A stretch of DNA of 64,000 nucleotides from an uncultured bacterium (GCA_963790795.1 CAWBPO010000001.1:460073-524072), one strand, 5' to 3'; shown: positions 29,154 through 38,826, counted from the stretch's first letter. Program-made: numbers and translations. The notes: generated from the letters alone by a model not told the origin.

Positions 29154-29630
29154 TTAAGTTCTCGTCGAGAAACCATTTCTTTTTTTATGTAAAAATCTAA
29201 TCAACTCAATCAAGATTAATATAAAAACTATTACTAAAACCGTTATAAGATGGATAAATTTAAAATCATGTTTTAATAGATTGAACAAGGATTCTCCGAT
29301 TATAATGAAAATAACCAAAAGTAAGCTTCTTAATATAAATTTACTAAGGATCGTTCCCTTATGTATGCTGGTAAAAATTATTTGTTCTTCGGAAATAATT
29401 TCTATTTCTGATCTTGCGTAAAGTAGAAATGTAATTATAAGAATAAATACCCAAAAAACGATTTGTAATGCCAAAAGACTTGCTTTACTGAAAGTCCCTG
29501 CAAAATCTTCAGGAAATTGATATAAAAAAGTTTCCAACAAAATAAAAATTCCCAAAGTTTCAAACAACCACTTTGTTTTTTTAAAAAAATCGTCTATCCA
29601 TTTAATATTTTCTTTTATAAAACTATTCAT
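29154..29630 (-). CDS. Membrane protein, function unknown
   Basis: Four TM helices. The ATG at 29630 (MNSFIKENIKW) is preferred over the TTG at 29642. Confidence 0.35.
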   Translation of the reverse strand: MNSFIKENIKWIDDFFKKTKWLFETLGIFILLETFLYQFPEDFAGTFSKASLLALQIVFWVFILIITFLLYARSEIEIISEEQIIFTSIHKGTILSKFILRSLLLVIFIIIGESLFNLLKHDFKFIHLITVLVIVFILILIELIRFLHKKRNGFSTRT

Positions 29631-29647
29631 AATTGCTGGCAAGTATG

Positions 29648-29790
29648 GTCCAGAACCCTAGTTTTAAGGGTAAATTCAACGACTTTTAAGGGTGTCTCAT
29701 AATGCCTCTCGGTCGGGGTGTTTTAAAGCTAAAATGAGACAAATGAGACACGAAAAGGCACTATTGGGACTGTCTCATTTGAGACAGTGG
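29648..29790. repeat. Intergenic repeat family A, copy 3 (longest)
   Basis: GTCCAGAACCCTAGTTTTAAGGG...GTGTCTCAT(29692-29700)..CTCTCGGTCGGGGTGTTTTAAAGCTAAAATGAGACAAATGAGACAC(29743-29751), plus a CTGTCTCA-TT-TGAGACAG hairpin. Confidence 0.75.
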
Positions 29791-29867
29791 AGTGTACCGT
29801 TTTAGATATTCCTCTACCCCACTCAAAATGGCGAGATTAATCCAGTATGTAATCTTAAAAGCATTGA

Positions 29868-31709
29868 TTATTTAAAATTATCTTTGGTAATTCTTTCAAT
29901 GCTCAAATAGCTACTAATCTTTTTTAAAAATGGCGACATCGCTTCGGTTTTCAGATATTTAGATTTTTCGTATCTTTCGTGAAAAGATAAAATAACATCT
30001 TGTTTTGCTCTAGTTAGGGCAACATATAAAACTCTAAGTTCTTCTTTCAAGTCGTGATGACGCGCGGGTATAAAAGTATCATTTAGCCACAGTACAAAAA
30101 CAAATTCTGCCTCTAGGCCTTTCGCTGAATACATTGTTGTTACCAGAATTTTATTTTCTTTTGGAATTTCATCTTCAGAATCTAAAAGACCGAATTTTTC
30201 ATAAATAAATTTGATAACCGACCCAATAGAATAAGGCCTTTGTGTTGTTTCGTTAAGTGTAATATTCACTTGAGAGAATAATGTTTCATCAATTAGTAGA
30301 TGAGGAAAAACTTTTAACTCCTTCTGAAATTCGCCGATATTATCAATAACTTCATGAAGTTTATTAAGACTAGTAAAGATTTCTTTTATAATAGGTATTT
30401 CTAGGGTGGAACAATAATCATAAAGGGATTTCCCGGCCCCCATTGCCTTTCGTCTAATATCAGTAATCTCTTTTGCTTTTAGTCCAACTATTTTTAACCA
30501 TTGTCTAAGGGCAATGCTATCAGAAAAATTTAACATTTTTAATACCAAGAGAAGTCGCCAATAATCATTAGGAATTTGAGTTTTTTCTTTTAGTTTTGTG
30601 GGTAAAGAAAATTCTGTTTTTAAAGTAGACGCTACTGTTTTTACAAATTTTGAAATAGGGCAAAGAATCATAAAATCATTATAAGTAAGTGGTTTCCCAT
30701 TCCTATTGGTCTTTTTTTCCATTGTCTCTTTTATTAGCGAGGCAACTTTTTTAATTTGGATATTACTTTTTGTGCATTGTAAAGTTAAAATCTTTTGCCC
30801 GTTATTAGCTGGAATATTAACTTTTCCACCAAGATAATTTTCACCCAAAATTAAGGCTTGTGACGTTCGTAGAATATGGGATGGTAGTCTATGAGAATCC
30901 GAAAAACATACTTTTTCCCATTTTTCTGATCCCCAACGTTCTTGTATTCCCTGGGGATACGCATGGCGAAAACCGTAAATACTCTGGGCATCATCGCCTA
31001 CAACTATAATTTCACTTCCCTTTTTAGAACCTAATAAGTCAACTAATCTTTGATCCATTGGATTCAAATCTTGATATTCATCAATTTGTAAAAATACTGG
31101 TGGGAAATTGGCTTGTTCTTTTTCCAGAATGTCACATGCATATTTAACAATTCCATCCAAATCAAAAGTATTATAAAATTTAAATAAGTAGTCAAGATAT
31201 TTTAAAACTTCTTGTCGTTTATCCTCAGGTATGGGACAATCTGTCCGAAAAGAATTAGTGCATTGATAATAATTAATGTCCAAATCCAAACGATCTATAG
31301 AAATATCAAGCTTGAGATCGTCAATTAGCTCACCCAATAAAAGCTTATGTTCGTTTCGGTCTTTAATTAAGATTGAGAATCTTGAATCTCGCTCAATTAG
31401 AGATGCATATTTATGAACTATACTTTTAGCATAAGTATGTAGGGTGCTAATCCTTGGAAATTCAAAATGAACTTTTGTTTCATCGAAAGCATCCTCGCCA
31501 ACCTCTTTTCTTACTTTTTTATCTGTATCTCTACGGCTTGTCCGAGTAAATGTAATAAATGATACTTCGCGATTGGGATCATCAATAAGTAGTTTTATCA
31601 TCCGCTCTACTATCGTACTAGTTTTTCCCGTGCCAGGCGCGGCAATAACAATAAGGGGTCTTCCCCTATGATCAATTACCGCTTTTTGTTCTTTGCTTGG
31701 AAACCCCAT
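29868..31709 (-). CDS. UvrD/Rep-family (SF1) helicase
   Basis: Walker A AAPGTGKTS, motif II QIDEYQDLNP, and C-terminal TTMYSAKGLEAEFVFV and VALTRAKQDV motifs. At 613 aa it is shorter and more divergent than typical PcrA. Confidence 0.8.
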   Translation of the reverse strand: MGFPSKEQKAVIDHRGRPLIVIAAPGTGKTSTIVERMIKLLIDDPNREVSFITFTRTSRRDTDKKVRKEVGEDAFDETKVHFEFPRISTLHTYAKSIVHKYASLIERDSRFSILIKDRNEHKLLLGELIDDLKLDISIDRLDLDINYYQCTNSFRTDCPIPEDKRQEVLKYLDYLFKFYNTFDLDGIVKYACDILEKEQANFPPVFLQIDEYQDLNPMDQRLVDLLGSKKGSEIIVVGDDAQSIYGFRHAYPQGIQERWGSEKWEKVCFSDSHRLPSHILRTSQALILGENYLGGKVNIPANNGQKILTLQCTKSNIQIKKVASLIKETMEKKTNRNGKPLTYNDFMILCPISKFVKTVASTLKTEFSLPTKLKEKTQIPNDYWRLLLVLKMLNFSDSIALRQWLKIVGLKAKEITDIRRKAMGAGKSLYDYCSTLEIPIIKEIFTSLNKLHEVIDNIGEFQKELKVFPHLLIDETLFSQVNITLNETTQRPYSIGSVIKFIYEKFGLLDSEDEIPKENKILVTTMYSAKGLEAEFVFVLWLNDTFIPARHHDLKEELRVLYVALTRAKQDVILSFHERYEKSKYLKTEAMSPFLKKISSYLSIERITKDNFK

Positions 31710-31735
31710 AAAAAGTTATTTATTACTTGACTTAA

Positions 31736-31918
31736 TTAAATCTTCTTCTTTGATTTATATCTTCGAGGATTTACTCTCCTATCAATCTTAAGAAGTAAAT
31801 CAAAAAATCCTAATAAATTATGGGCGGCCTCAAAGGCCTCCTTTTTAGTTAATTTTCTTCCATAATCTTTTTCAAAAATATCCTGCCATTTCTTAATTGT
31901 TCTCTCGGACAATTGCAT
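31736..31918 (-). CDS. Small basic hypothetical protein
   Basis: 60-aa ORF between the RNase H-like and helicase genes, with gaps of 6 and 26 nt. Confidence 0.3.
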   Translation of the reverse strand: MQLSERTIKKWQDIFEKDYGRKLTKKEAFEAAHNLLGFFDLLLKIDRRVNPRRYKSKKKI

Positions 31919-31924
31919 GAATTA

Positions 31925-32524
31925 TTATTTATGAAAACCTAAATCCGCAGGATTACTTGCGCCAGGTATATATTCCATTTTTCCTCCTTCTTTTTTAAAA
32001 TCATCCCTCAATTTTTTAACTTCTGCTACTAAATTAATTGTATCTGAAGACTTATTTTTTGACTTTATAAATCCTTTAGACCAAGCTTCAAGAATTAAAT
32101 TGCTATCCCCAAATACCTTTTTAATCCCCTCTTTAAGCGCAATCTGTAAAGCATATTTACATGCTAATAGTTCGCCAAAATTATTTGTAACATCTTTGAA
32201 TATCCAATGATGACCACGACGATTTAAGTGCGTTTTGGGTAGTATTTTTCCCAATAAACTGTGTCCCATCTCATCCGTCACATTAATCTCAACTCCATAG
32301 TTAGCACCCGTTCCGGCATCAAAATAAATACCTTTTTCAGCGGCTATGTGTTTAATATTATAATCTGCTCCGGCATCTAACCATCTTCTAGCCTCATCCT
32401 CCGTAAGGAATCCTTTATATTTCGCATCAGGCACGCCCGAAACAATCTTCTCACAAATAGACCAACTATCAACTATCCCTTTTGTTTTCTTGGTTAAATA
32501 CGCATAAAATTTTTGCTTTTTCAT
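31925..32524 (-). CDS. RNase H1-like protein with an N-terminal hybrid-binding (caulimovirus viroplasmin-type) domain
   Basis: KFYAY..GIVDSWSICEKIVSGVPDAKYKGFLTEDEARRWL is the HBD. A DEDD set follows: YFDAGTG, FGELLACKYAL, FGDSNLIL, ASNPADLGFH. Confidence 0.72.
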   Translation of the reverse strand: MKKQKFYAYLTKKTKGIVDSWSICEKIVSGVPDAKYKGFLTEDEARRWLDAGADYNIKHIAAEKGIYFDAGTGANYGVEINVTDEMGHSLLGKILPKTHLNRRGHHWIFKDVTNNFGELLACKYALQIALKEGIKKVFGDSNLILEAWSKGFIKSKNKSSDTINLVAEVKKLRDDFKKEGGKMEYIPGASNPADLGFHK

Positions 32525-32557
32525 AGATTATCTTTATTTTGTTTCTTTTCTTCTTTT

Positions 32558-33349
32558 TTAAGGTTCTTCGTGTTCACCCTTTTTATTGATTTCTTCAACT
32601 TTTTTCAAATATCGCTTAACTAAATCATCTATTCTGGCGTCCAGTCCGAATGCAAATTCCTTATTCCAAGCATCAACGATATGAATAAAGAAATCGAATG
32701 TCATGACTAATGATTCTGAAATCCACTTATCGTCGGGGCCTGATTTAACCTCTAATCTTCCTTCTGATTCGGAGAAATAGTCATTCATATTTCTTGGATT
32801 GGGATGGGTCAGATTACATTGAAGTTTATAGGCTTTTTTGTAAGTATCCAAACGGCCCACTTTTCTTGCCATCTCCCTAAAGCCCTCTTCCGACCATCTA
32901 ATATTGTTTACATTCCGATATTTTTTCTTGATTTTTTCCGCCTCTTCGAGTACCTCTTTTATTGTTGTTCCCGTGGGGTCCTTCTTCCCAAACTCTTCCC
33001 TATATCTCACTTCGTTAGACACAGAATCATACATATTAGCTCGCATTATCCAATCGTAGTCAAAAAATCTTTCAACAATTTTCCCAGTATCATCTTCCAC
33101 AATAAAGAGGGTTGTGATGGCTAACTCAAATATTGACCGGGCAAGTATTCCGGCATCCTGACCAAAACCCCTTTCGCTAAGAAATAAAATAGCGGCTTGT
33201 GTTTTATGACTCTTAGCTAGTGCATATAACAAAAAACTTTGTTTGAGATCTTTCGGCTCAGGATGTTTATCAAGGACTGATTCGATAATTACCCTCAGTT
33301 CTTCGTTAAAATTAAATAAATCAATGTATTTTTCTCTAAAATTATTCAT
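32558..33349 (-). CDS. Hypothetical all-alpha protein (possibly DUF5677-like; unverified)
   Basis: 263-aa ORF with the segment AAILFLSERGFGQDAGILARSIFELAITTLFI. No catalytic motif recognised. Confidence 0.4.
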   Translation of the reverse strand: MNNFREKYIDLFNFNEELRVIIESVLDKHPEPKDLKQSFLLYALAKSHKTQAAILFLSERGFGQDAGILARSIFELAITTLFIVEDDTGKIVERFFDYDWIMRANMYDSVSNEVRYREEFGKKDPTGTTIKEVLEEAEKIKKKYRNVNNIRWSEEGFREMARKVGRLDTYKKAYKLQCNLTHPNPRNMNDYFSESEGRLEVKSGPDDKWISESLVMTFDFFIHIVDAWNKEFAFGLDARIDDLVKRYLKKVEEINKKGEHEEP

Positions 33350-33358
33350 ATTGATAAC

Positions 33359-33754
33359 CTAAAATCTTCTTACACCAACCTTATCTAAAATTAATCCCAC
33401 CGTGAAATAACAAACAGGATAAAGGATAATGGCGCATGCGACATTAAAAAAGTCGCCAACGAAGATTTCTGGACCCCATATCAGTCCGATTATGAATAGA
33501 GTTCCAAAGTATAAAGAATTATACAACACACTACCCAACATTCCCCAACGACCCATTACGGCTTTTAGCATCGCAATAACAAGAATAATAAAAAAAACAA
33601 TCATTACCGCTAACCAATGGTCTACTAAAAATGACTTTAAAATATCCCAAAATATGCGTACCACTTGCTTAGTTTCTTCGTTAACGGTGTTAAGAAACAT
33701 TTTAACAATGTCTTTCGCAAATTCAGGTCCGAATAGTGTAGATGTGGAAGCCAT
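33359..33754 (-). CDS. Small polytopic membrane protein
   Basis: 131 aa, 3-4 TM helices. Starts 3 nt after the stop of the 1180-aa gene. Confidence 0.45.
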   Translation of the reverse strand: MASTSTLFGPEFAKDIVKMFLNTVNEETKQVVRIFWDILKSFLVDHWLAVMIVFFIILVIAMLKAVMGRWGMLGSVLYNSLYFGTLFIIGLIWGPEIFVGDFFNVACAIILYPVCYFTVGLILDKVGVRRF

Positions 33755-33757
33755 AAT

Positions 33758-36700
33758 TTAATCGAGAATATCCTTAAGAAACCAGAACGCGCTACTGCCT
33801 TTTTCTATAAGGGTGCTTATCAAATCCTCCACTGCCTTCTTCAAGCCCAGGTCTTTATAGATAGTAACAAGGGCATCCTTGATTTCGTTTTCAAGACTGA
33901 AGAAGGGTGTCCGTCTATAAGGATTAAGTTCGCCATTAAGAAGTAGGAAATTATTTATAATTTCTAACGTGTTTGAGGGGTCAATTCCTGCAAAAACTTT
34001 TATGCGACGGGTTAAACCGTAGTCCCAATCTATATTTCCATCTGATTTCTTTAACGTAACAGCCAAATTTTTAATGATTGTTTTTTCATCAATTACTTCT
34101 TTGTCTGGATTTACCCAGAAACCAAAACCAGAGAAGGCCTTTGGTTCAACCGAAATATCTGTTTGCAATATCCAATCCCAAAAATCGATAAGTTTTTGTT
34201 TACATACTCCGTTTTCCTCAAACCATTTATCGCCAGCTTGATCCCTGGTGAGACAGCTTCTACCAATAAACGAAACGAACTCATAATGACGCGCCTCGTT
34301 TGGTGTCTTCCAAAACAGATCAAATAATGGGTCACCGATTTTTAAATCAGCATGCGCGTAGGCGAGGGCAAGATGTGTTGCAAGAGTTTCATCGATTCCT
34401 CTCGCATACTTCCTCTCCGGATAATCTTCCGTTTTTATCTTAATCGCATATTCGTAGTACTTCTGGAATTCAATAAATAGTTCCTTATATAAAGAGCTAG
34501 CGAGATACCCCTCCCACGTTGCAAAGTAGAGATTTTCTTTTGTCGGATCGTTGATTGGGAATATTTTTGGAAGCAGTTCGGTAATATATGGGATATCACG
34601 AAAATAGAATGGAGCTAAATAATGGCCTATCACAAATCTAAGCGCATTTGATGTTTCCCTATCGAGCACCACTCCATAGATTTGTTTTACGTCACCCGCG
34701 AGAACTTTACCGTCGTTATATGTAAATTGTACAAACGCTTGATATGCTCTCCCTCGAACCGAGTTGATGGCAACAAAGAAAGGCTCACTTGACTCACGCT
34801 TTTCGTCTTCAATATCCGGGCTACTTTTTATTGTGAGTAGGTATTTGAGAATCAATAGAATGGGCCCACGATTTTTCTTAAATAACTCGGAATCTTTTAT
34901 GCCAGCGAGAACCTCTAAAATAATATCGGCCATCACCCTATGAACGGTGATCCAATCACCAAGCCACGATTTGTCATCACCTTTCTCAAATTCTTTTCCC
35001 TCCCCTGAAACGCGTACCGAATCAAAAAAACTGACAAGTAAATTATATTGATCATCGCTTAATGTTTTTTTGTCCCTTAATATTTCCTCTATTCCACGCA
35101 GTAAAGAATATACATAGTGAGGATGTATAAGTTCACGATCGAAAAATTTTGCAAAATTCGTAAGGTAATCTGTGGTCCTTATTTTTAAATCTTCCTTTAG
35201 CGCATCACCGAGGCCCTCCACCCCTCGTGGGTTAAGAAAATCATCGTCCTTAAATTGCTCCCTTAACGCCTTAGGCGATAATTCGGTCTTCAAGCGTTCC
35301 GCCATGTCCTGAACACTAAAATCAGACGGATTAACTGGCGATCTATGGGACACTAAACCACTTGTGACACCCCCGAAGTGGTCTGGTTCTGGCGCAGGGA
35401 TATCACCACCAGGAAATTTCCCCAAAAGTGATTCAGCTTGGGCTATTTCTGGTCCATTCAGTTCACCTTTGATATACATTAATATCTTTAAACCATCCCT
35501 TTTCCTCCACTCTTTTTTATCCTCATCCGTGAGGTTTGCGCCAAAATAATCAAATACCTTTGCGATATACTCACGTTTCGTTGTGTTATCAAGTAAACCG
35601 AAACCGGCGATAAGCGTGTGGTGGTACTCGGCTCCTTCTTCTATTTCAAAATATCTTTCGCCAACATCAAATATCCTCAAAAGAGCCCCTTTTATTTCTT
35701 CTTTAAAAAGATTTGGACAACGAGTAATGGCAAATAGTTTCAGTTTATATAAAGTACGGCTATCTGGAAGTGTTGAAATATAAGTAGTGTATATTCTTCG
35801 TGCTTCGGCAATATTGCCACAAACTGAGCCCAAGACGTCTCCGATAAGTTTTTTTGCCGTTACAATAAGATTCTCTATATCATCTTTTGAATACGGCTCT
35901 TTTTCTTTATTAAGCTCGGCGGTAAAAAGATTCACCCCAAATAAATTAAACGGCTCAGACTCAGCAAAAACACCTTCTTCTTTTATGTCTTTACCCAACA
36001 TGACCACCTCGCATAGTATCTCCAAGACAACCTTTAATGTTTCTTCCTTTTCTTTATTGTCAGGGTCCAATAGCGCTTCGAAAATACCCGTTTCGGTTAT
36101 ATCGTGAAGATAGAATAATTTATCTGAAAGAGAAAATCTCTCGTTAGCATCAAATTCCTCCTTCGCACGAACGACTAAAATTATCTTGGCAAGTTCGTTT
36201 AGGGCATCATATACTTTTGCCGCTTTAAGCTTTTTAACCATTTCTTGATAATCATATCCATATCGACTAGTAGGAGCCATGAGCCGAACCCAATCTTCCC
36301 GCAATATTTTGGGAAAAATTAATTTTATTTGTTCGACTGGTAATAAACTAGTGATCCAAAAAAATCTATCTACAACTTCGGAATTAAACGTCTCTTTTGA
36401 AATTGAAACTGAATTTATTATTTCAGCAACTATTTTCGGTGCTTTCTCGGCCATTCGGGTCAGATATTCGAGCTCCGGAAGACGATATGAATGTTTAGTA
36501 ACATCGGAGGCGGATTTTTTTAACTCATCTAATAATCCTTTCTCCCATATCCATTTCAACCAAATTTCATCTGCCTTAGAAAAAAAATATCTCCTTGCAT
36601 CTAAACTACCTCCCGAAAAACAATTAGCTTTTATCTTTTTCTCATCAAAATTATTTTTCGAGAAAATCTCGTCTATTATTTTATGAGACCTTAAACCCCT

Positions 36701-37300
36701 TGGTCTTATGTCTAGAATTAGATTCTCGAAGTTGTCTACTAGTTTTTCGAAAGTTTCAGGCTCAACATTGGTTTGGCTGCTTTGAGTAATTTTAAGAAAT
36801 ATAAGAATTCTTAAAAAATCTCCGAAGCTGTTCTTTTTATTAAAATGATGAGCAATCTTCGTAAAAGCCGTGTAAACTTTATTTATTGCTGTTGATATTT
36901 CCTGTCTTTTTGCTTCGTCAGCAATGTATGTCTTTAGTGAATCGGAAATCTTATCTTTTCTATTCTTTGGAATACTTTTTGCTTTATATTTTAAAAATCT
37001 AATCGCACTTAAAACCAGAAGTCTTCTGAGCTTAAAAACGATTGATTTACTTTCTGTAATTCCGTAATGAATCTCTCTAAATGAATGGGCCGATTGAGCC
37101 ATCCAATCTAAATTCTGAAGCCTGTTTTCCTTCTGCATCGCGTACCATCCTCCCTTCAATAAAATAGATGGTCTAACCTCACAAAATTTTTCCAAGTCAT
37201 TAAAAGAATCTAAAAAATCACAAATCTCATCTCTTCTTGGATTGCCCGTATTGAGATTTACAGAATAACCCTTATTATTTTGTGGCGTTGGGTTAGTCAT
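33758..37300 (-). CDS. Large (1180 aa) uncharacterised, predicted all-alpha protein
   Basis: Uninterrupted 3.5-kb ORF in an AT-rich genome. No Walker, nuclease, protease or PIWI-type motif recognised by eye. Composition suggests helical repeats. Confidence 0.8.
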   Translation of the reverse strand: MTNPTPQNNKGYSVNLNTGNPRRDEICDFLDSFNDLEKFCEVRPSILLKGGWYAMQKENRLQNLDWMAQSAHSFREIHYGITESKSIVFKLRRLLVLSAIRFLKYKAKSIPKNRKDKISDSLKTYIADEAKRQEISTAINKVYTAFTKIAHHFNKKNSFGDFLRILIFLKITQSSQTNVEPETFEKLVDNFENLILDIRPRGLRSHKIIDEIFSKNNFDEKKIKANCFSGGSLDARRYFFSKADEIWLKWIWEKGLLDELKKSASDVTKHSYRLPELEYLTRMAEKAPKIVAEIINSVSISKETFNSEVVDRFFWITSLLPVEQIKLIFPKILREDWVRLMAPTSRYGYDYQEMVKKLKAAKVYDALNELAKIILVVRAKEEFDANERFSLSDKLFYLHDITETGIFEALLDPDNKEKEETLKVVLEILCEVVMLGKDIKEEGVFAESEPFNLFGVNLFTAELNKEKEPYSKDDIENLIVTAKKLIGDVLGSVCGNIAEARRIYTTYISTLPDSRTLYKLKLFAITRCPNLFKEEIKGALLRIFDVGERYFEIEEGAEYHHTLIAGFGLLDNTTKREYIAKVFDYFGANLTDEDKKEWRKRDGLKILMYIKGELNGPEIAQAESLLGKFPGGDIPAPEPDHFGGVTSGLVSHRSPVNPSDFSVQDMAERLKTELSPKALREQFKDDDFLNPRGVEGLGDALKEDLKIRTTDYLTNFAKFFDRELIHPHYVYSLLRGIEEILRDKKTLSDDQYNLLVSFFDSVRVSGEGKEFEKGDDKSWLGDWITVHRVMADIILEVLAGIKDSELFKKNRGPILLILKYLLTIKSSPDIEDEKRESSEPFFVAINSVRGRAYQAFVQFTYNDGKVLAGDVKQIYGVVLDRETSNALRFVIGHYLAPFYFRDIPYITELLPKIFPINDPTKENLYFATWEGYLASSLYKELFIEFQKYYEYAIKIKTEDYPERKYARGIDETLATHLALAYAHADLKIGDPLFDLFWKTPNEARHYEFVSFIGRSCLTRDQAGDKWFEENGVCKQKLIDFWDWILQTDISVEPKAFSGFGFWVNPDKEVIDEKTIIKNLAVTLKKSDGNIDWDYGLTRRIKVFAGIDPSNTLEIINNFLLLNGELNPYRRTPFFSLENEIKDALVTIYKDLGLKKAVEDLISTLIEKGSSAFWFLKDILD

Positions 37301-37469
37301 ACTTCGTAAAGATATTTAAAATCTGACGGACTTAATTTGTACATAAATTATTTATTTTTTAGATTTTTTATTGTATTCTAATTGCATAACAAAAATTTCG
37401 GCTAATCTTTCTGCCGCCTCCTCTATTGGTCTTTTCTTTTGTTGTTTTTTATCCTTTGGCGTTTATTAT

Positions 37470-38006
37470 TTATTCTAAAATTAATCGTAGAATAATTCCT
37501 CCGGCGACGGTAATAATTATTCCTATAATTATCTGAACTAGGTATTTCTGTAAAAATGTTTCATTTTTTCCCTTGATGTAAGTTTTTTTGTTTTGGGATG
37601 GTTTAATTTGTTGTTTGTTTTTATCTTCTCTTTCTTTGATGTTTTTTGTTAAAACTCGAGATTGTATTTCTCTTATTTCTGGGGAATATTCTTTTGGAGG
37701 ATAAATTTTTCTTACCAATTCTAATAAAAGTTCTTTATCTTCTTCAGAAATTTGTTCTACTTTTTCAATTTTTTCCGGAGGCACATAAATCCAAAAGGTT
37801 GAAATTACTGAAAATGTATAACTGCCATACTGACTAGATTCTTCCACCTCAGAAGTACAACCTTCTAGCAGTATTGCTAAATCATTACGCCCTCTTGATT
37901 CTAAGAGTTTTTTAAGAGTGGCAACATCTTCTAATCCCTTCTTTTGTTGTTCATCTTCTGCTCTTATTAGACGATAATCTTGAGGCGGTTGTTGATTCAA
38001 TGGCAT
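37470..38006 (-). CDS. Hypothetical protein with a C-terminal TM anchor
   Basis: 178 aa: acidic N-terminal part, a Lys-rich linker, then IIIGIIITVAGGIILRLIL. Confidence 0.4.
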   Translation of the reverse strand: MPLNQQPPQDYRLIRAEDEQQKKGLEDVATLKKLLESRGRNDLAILLEGCTSEVEESSQYGSYTFSVISTFWIYVPPEKIEKVEQISEEDKELLLELVRKIYPPKEYSPEIREIQSRVLTKNIKEREDKNKQQIKPSQNKKTYIKGKNETFLQKYLVQIIIGIIITVAGGIILRLILE

Positions 38007-38010
38007 ATTT

Positions 38011-38826
38011 TTATCTCTTAACTTTTAGTTTTTTATAGGTCAAACAAATGTTTTTAATGGGGCATTTTTCGCATAATGGTTTGCTTTTGCAAATTGCTCG
38101 ACCAAAATGCCAAAAAATTCTATCAACTTCTCCGGGCGAATAAGGTGTTTGTTCAGAAATATTGATTATTAAATTCCTTAAAAATAAATAATTTTCATCA
38201 TTATTGGGATTGGTACCAAAATTTAAATCGCCGTATCCATATAAAATTAAACCTGTTCTTACCAGAACATCTACTACATGAAAATCATTGGCAGAATATT
38301 CTTTTAAAAAACAACTTAAAGCTAAATCTCTTACTTTAAAACCGACTCCGTTTATTTTTAAAAAATCATCATCTAGAAAATTATTTTTATAGTTTTCTTT
38401 AGCTTCTTCAAAATATTTATCCCATTTGGCTTGATATTTATTAAATAATAATTTTTTAGCATTCAATACGGTTTCTAGCCCTTGAGGTTGAAAACGATAA
38501 CCCGAATGTTTCAAAATACTTCTAATATTTTCCTTATTTAAGTCCTTAAACTTTTTAACCTTATTATTGAAAGCATTGTATAGTTTTCCGCCGACCTCTC
38601 CTCTGTTAGCCCTTAATAATAAACTAGCAATAAAAACTTTAAACTTCTTAATATTATCAAAGGAATTATTTAGTTTTAATTCTTTTAAATAATTTAGTCT
38701 CCATTGTTCTATGCTTTGCATCGTGGTTCGTCCCAAATCTGGATGGATAAAATCTCCAGTAAAAGAAGCTTTTATTGGTAAAATCTTTTTTACCAACGTG
38801 TCTATATTAGGCAAATTAATTTGCAT
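38011..38826 (-). CDS. HhH-GPD superfamily DNA glycosylase-like protein with an EndoIII-type Fe-S cluster loop
   Basis: HhH FLKINGVGFKVRDLALSCF, catalytic-Asp region FHVVDVLVRTGL, C-terminal CKSKPLCEKCPIKNIC. Confidence 0.68.
   Translation of the reverse strand: MQINLPNIDTLVKKILPIKASFTGDFIHPDLGRTTMQSIEQWRLNYLKELKLNNSFDNIKKFKVFIASLLLRANRGEVGGKLYNAFNNKVKKFKDLNKENIRSILKHSGYRFQPQGLETVLNAKKLLFNKYQAKWDKYFEEAKENYKNNFLDDDFLKINGVGFKVRDLALSCFLKEYSANDFHVVDVLVRTGLILYGYGDLNFGTNPNNDENYLFLRNLIINISEQTPYSPGEVDRIFWHFGRAICKSKPLCEKCPIKNICLTYKKLKVKR

Noticed and set aside
24561-29735. The recurring GTTTTAAAGCT motif, considered as CRISPR repeats or a tracrRNA-like sequence.
   Set aside because: There are only single copies kilobases apart, with no regular repeat-spacer array and no cas genes in the window.
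33758-37300. Plus-strand ORFs antisense to the 1180-aa gene (35364-35549, 35583-35783, 35787-36107, 36279-36686) and similar antisense ORFs across the window (for example 44380-44763, 45217-45774, 56602-57054, 58976-59389).
   Set aside because: They lie entirely inside longer, motif-bearing genes on the other strand and have low-complexity Ser/Phe/Leu/Ile-rich composition typical of antisense frames in AT-rich DNA.
37301-37469. A possible small gene in the 170-nt spacer (frame reading ..KKRPIEEAAERLAEIFVMQLEYNKKSKK*).
   Set aside because: There is no in-frame start codon upstream other than one giving 11 aa, and stops immediately precede the frame. It is treated as a promoter/leader region for the 1180-aa gene, possibly a gene remnant.
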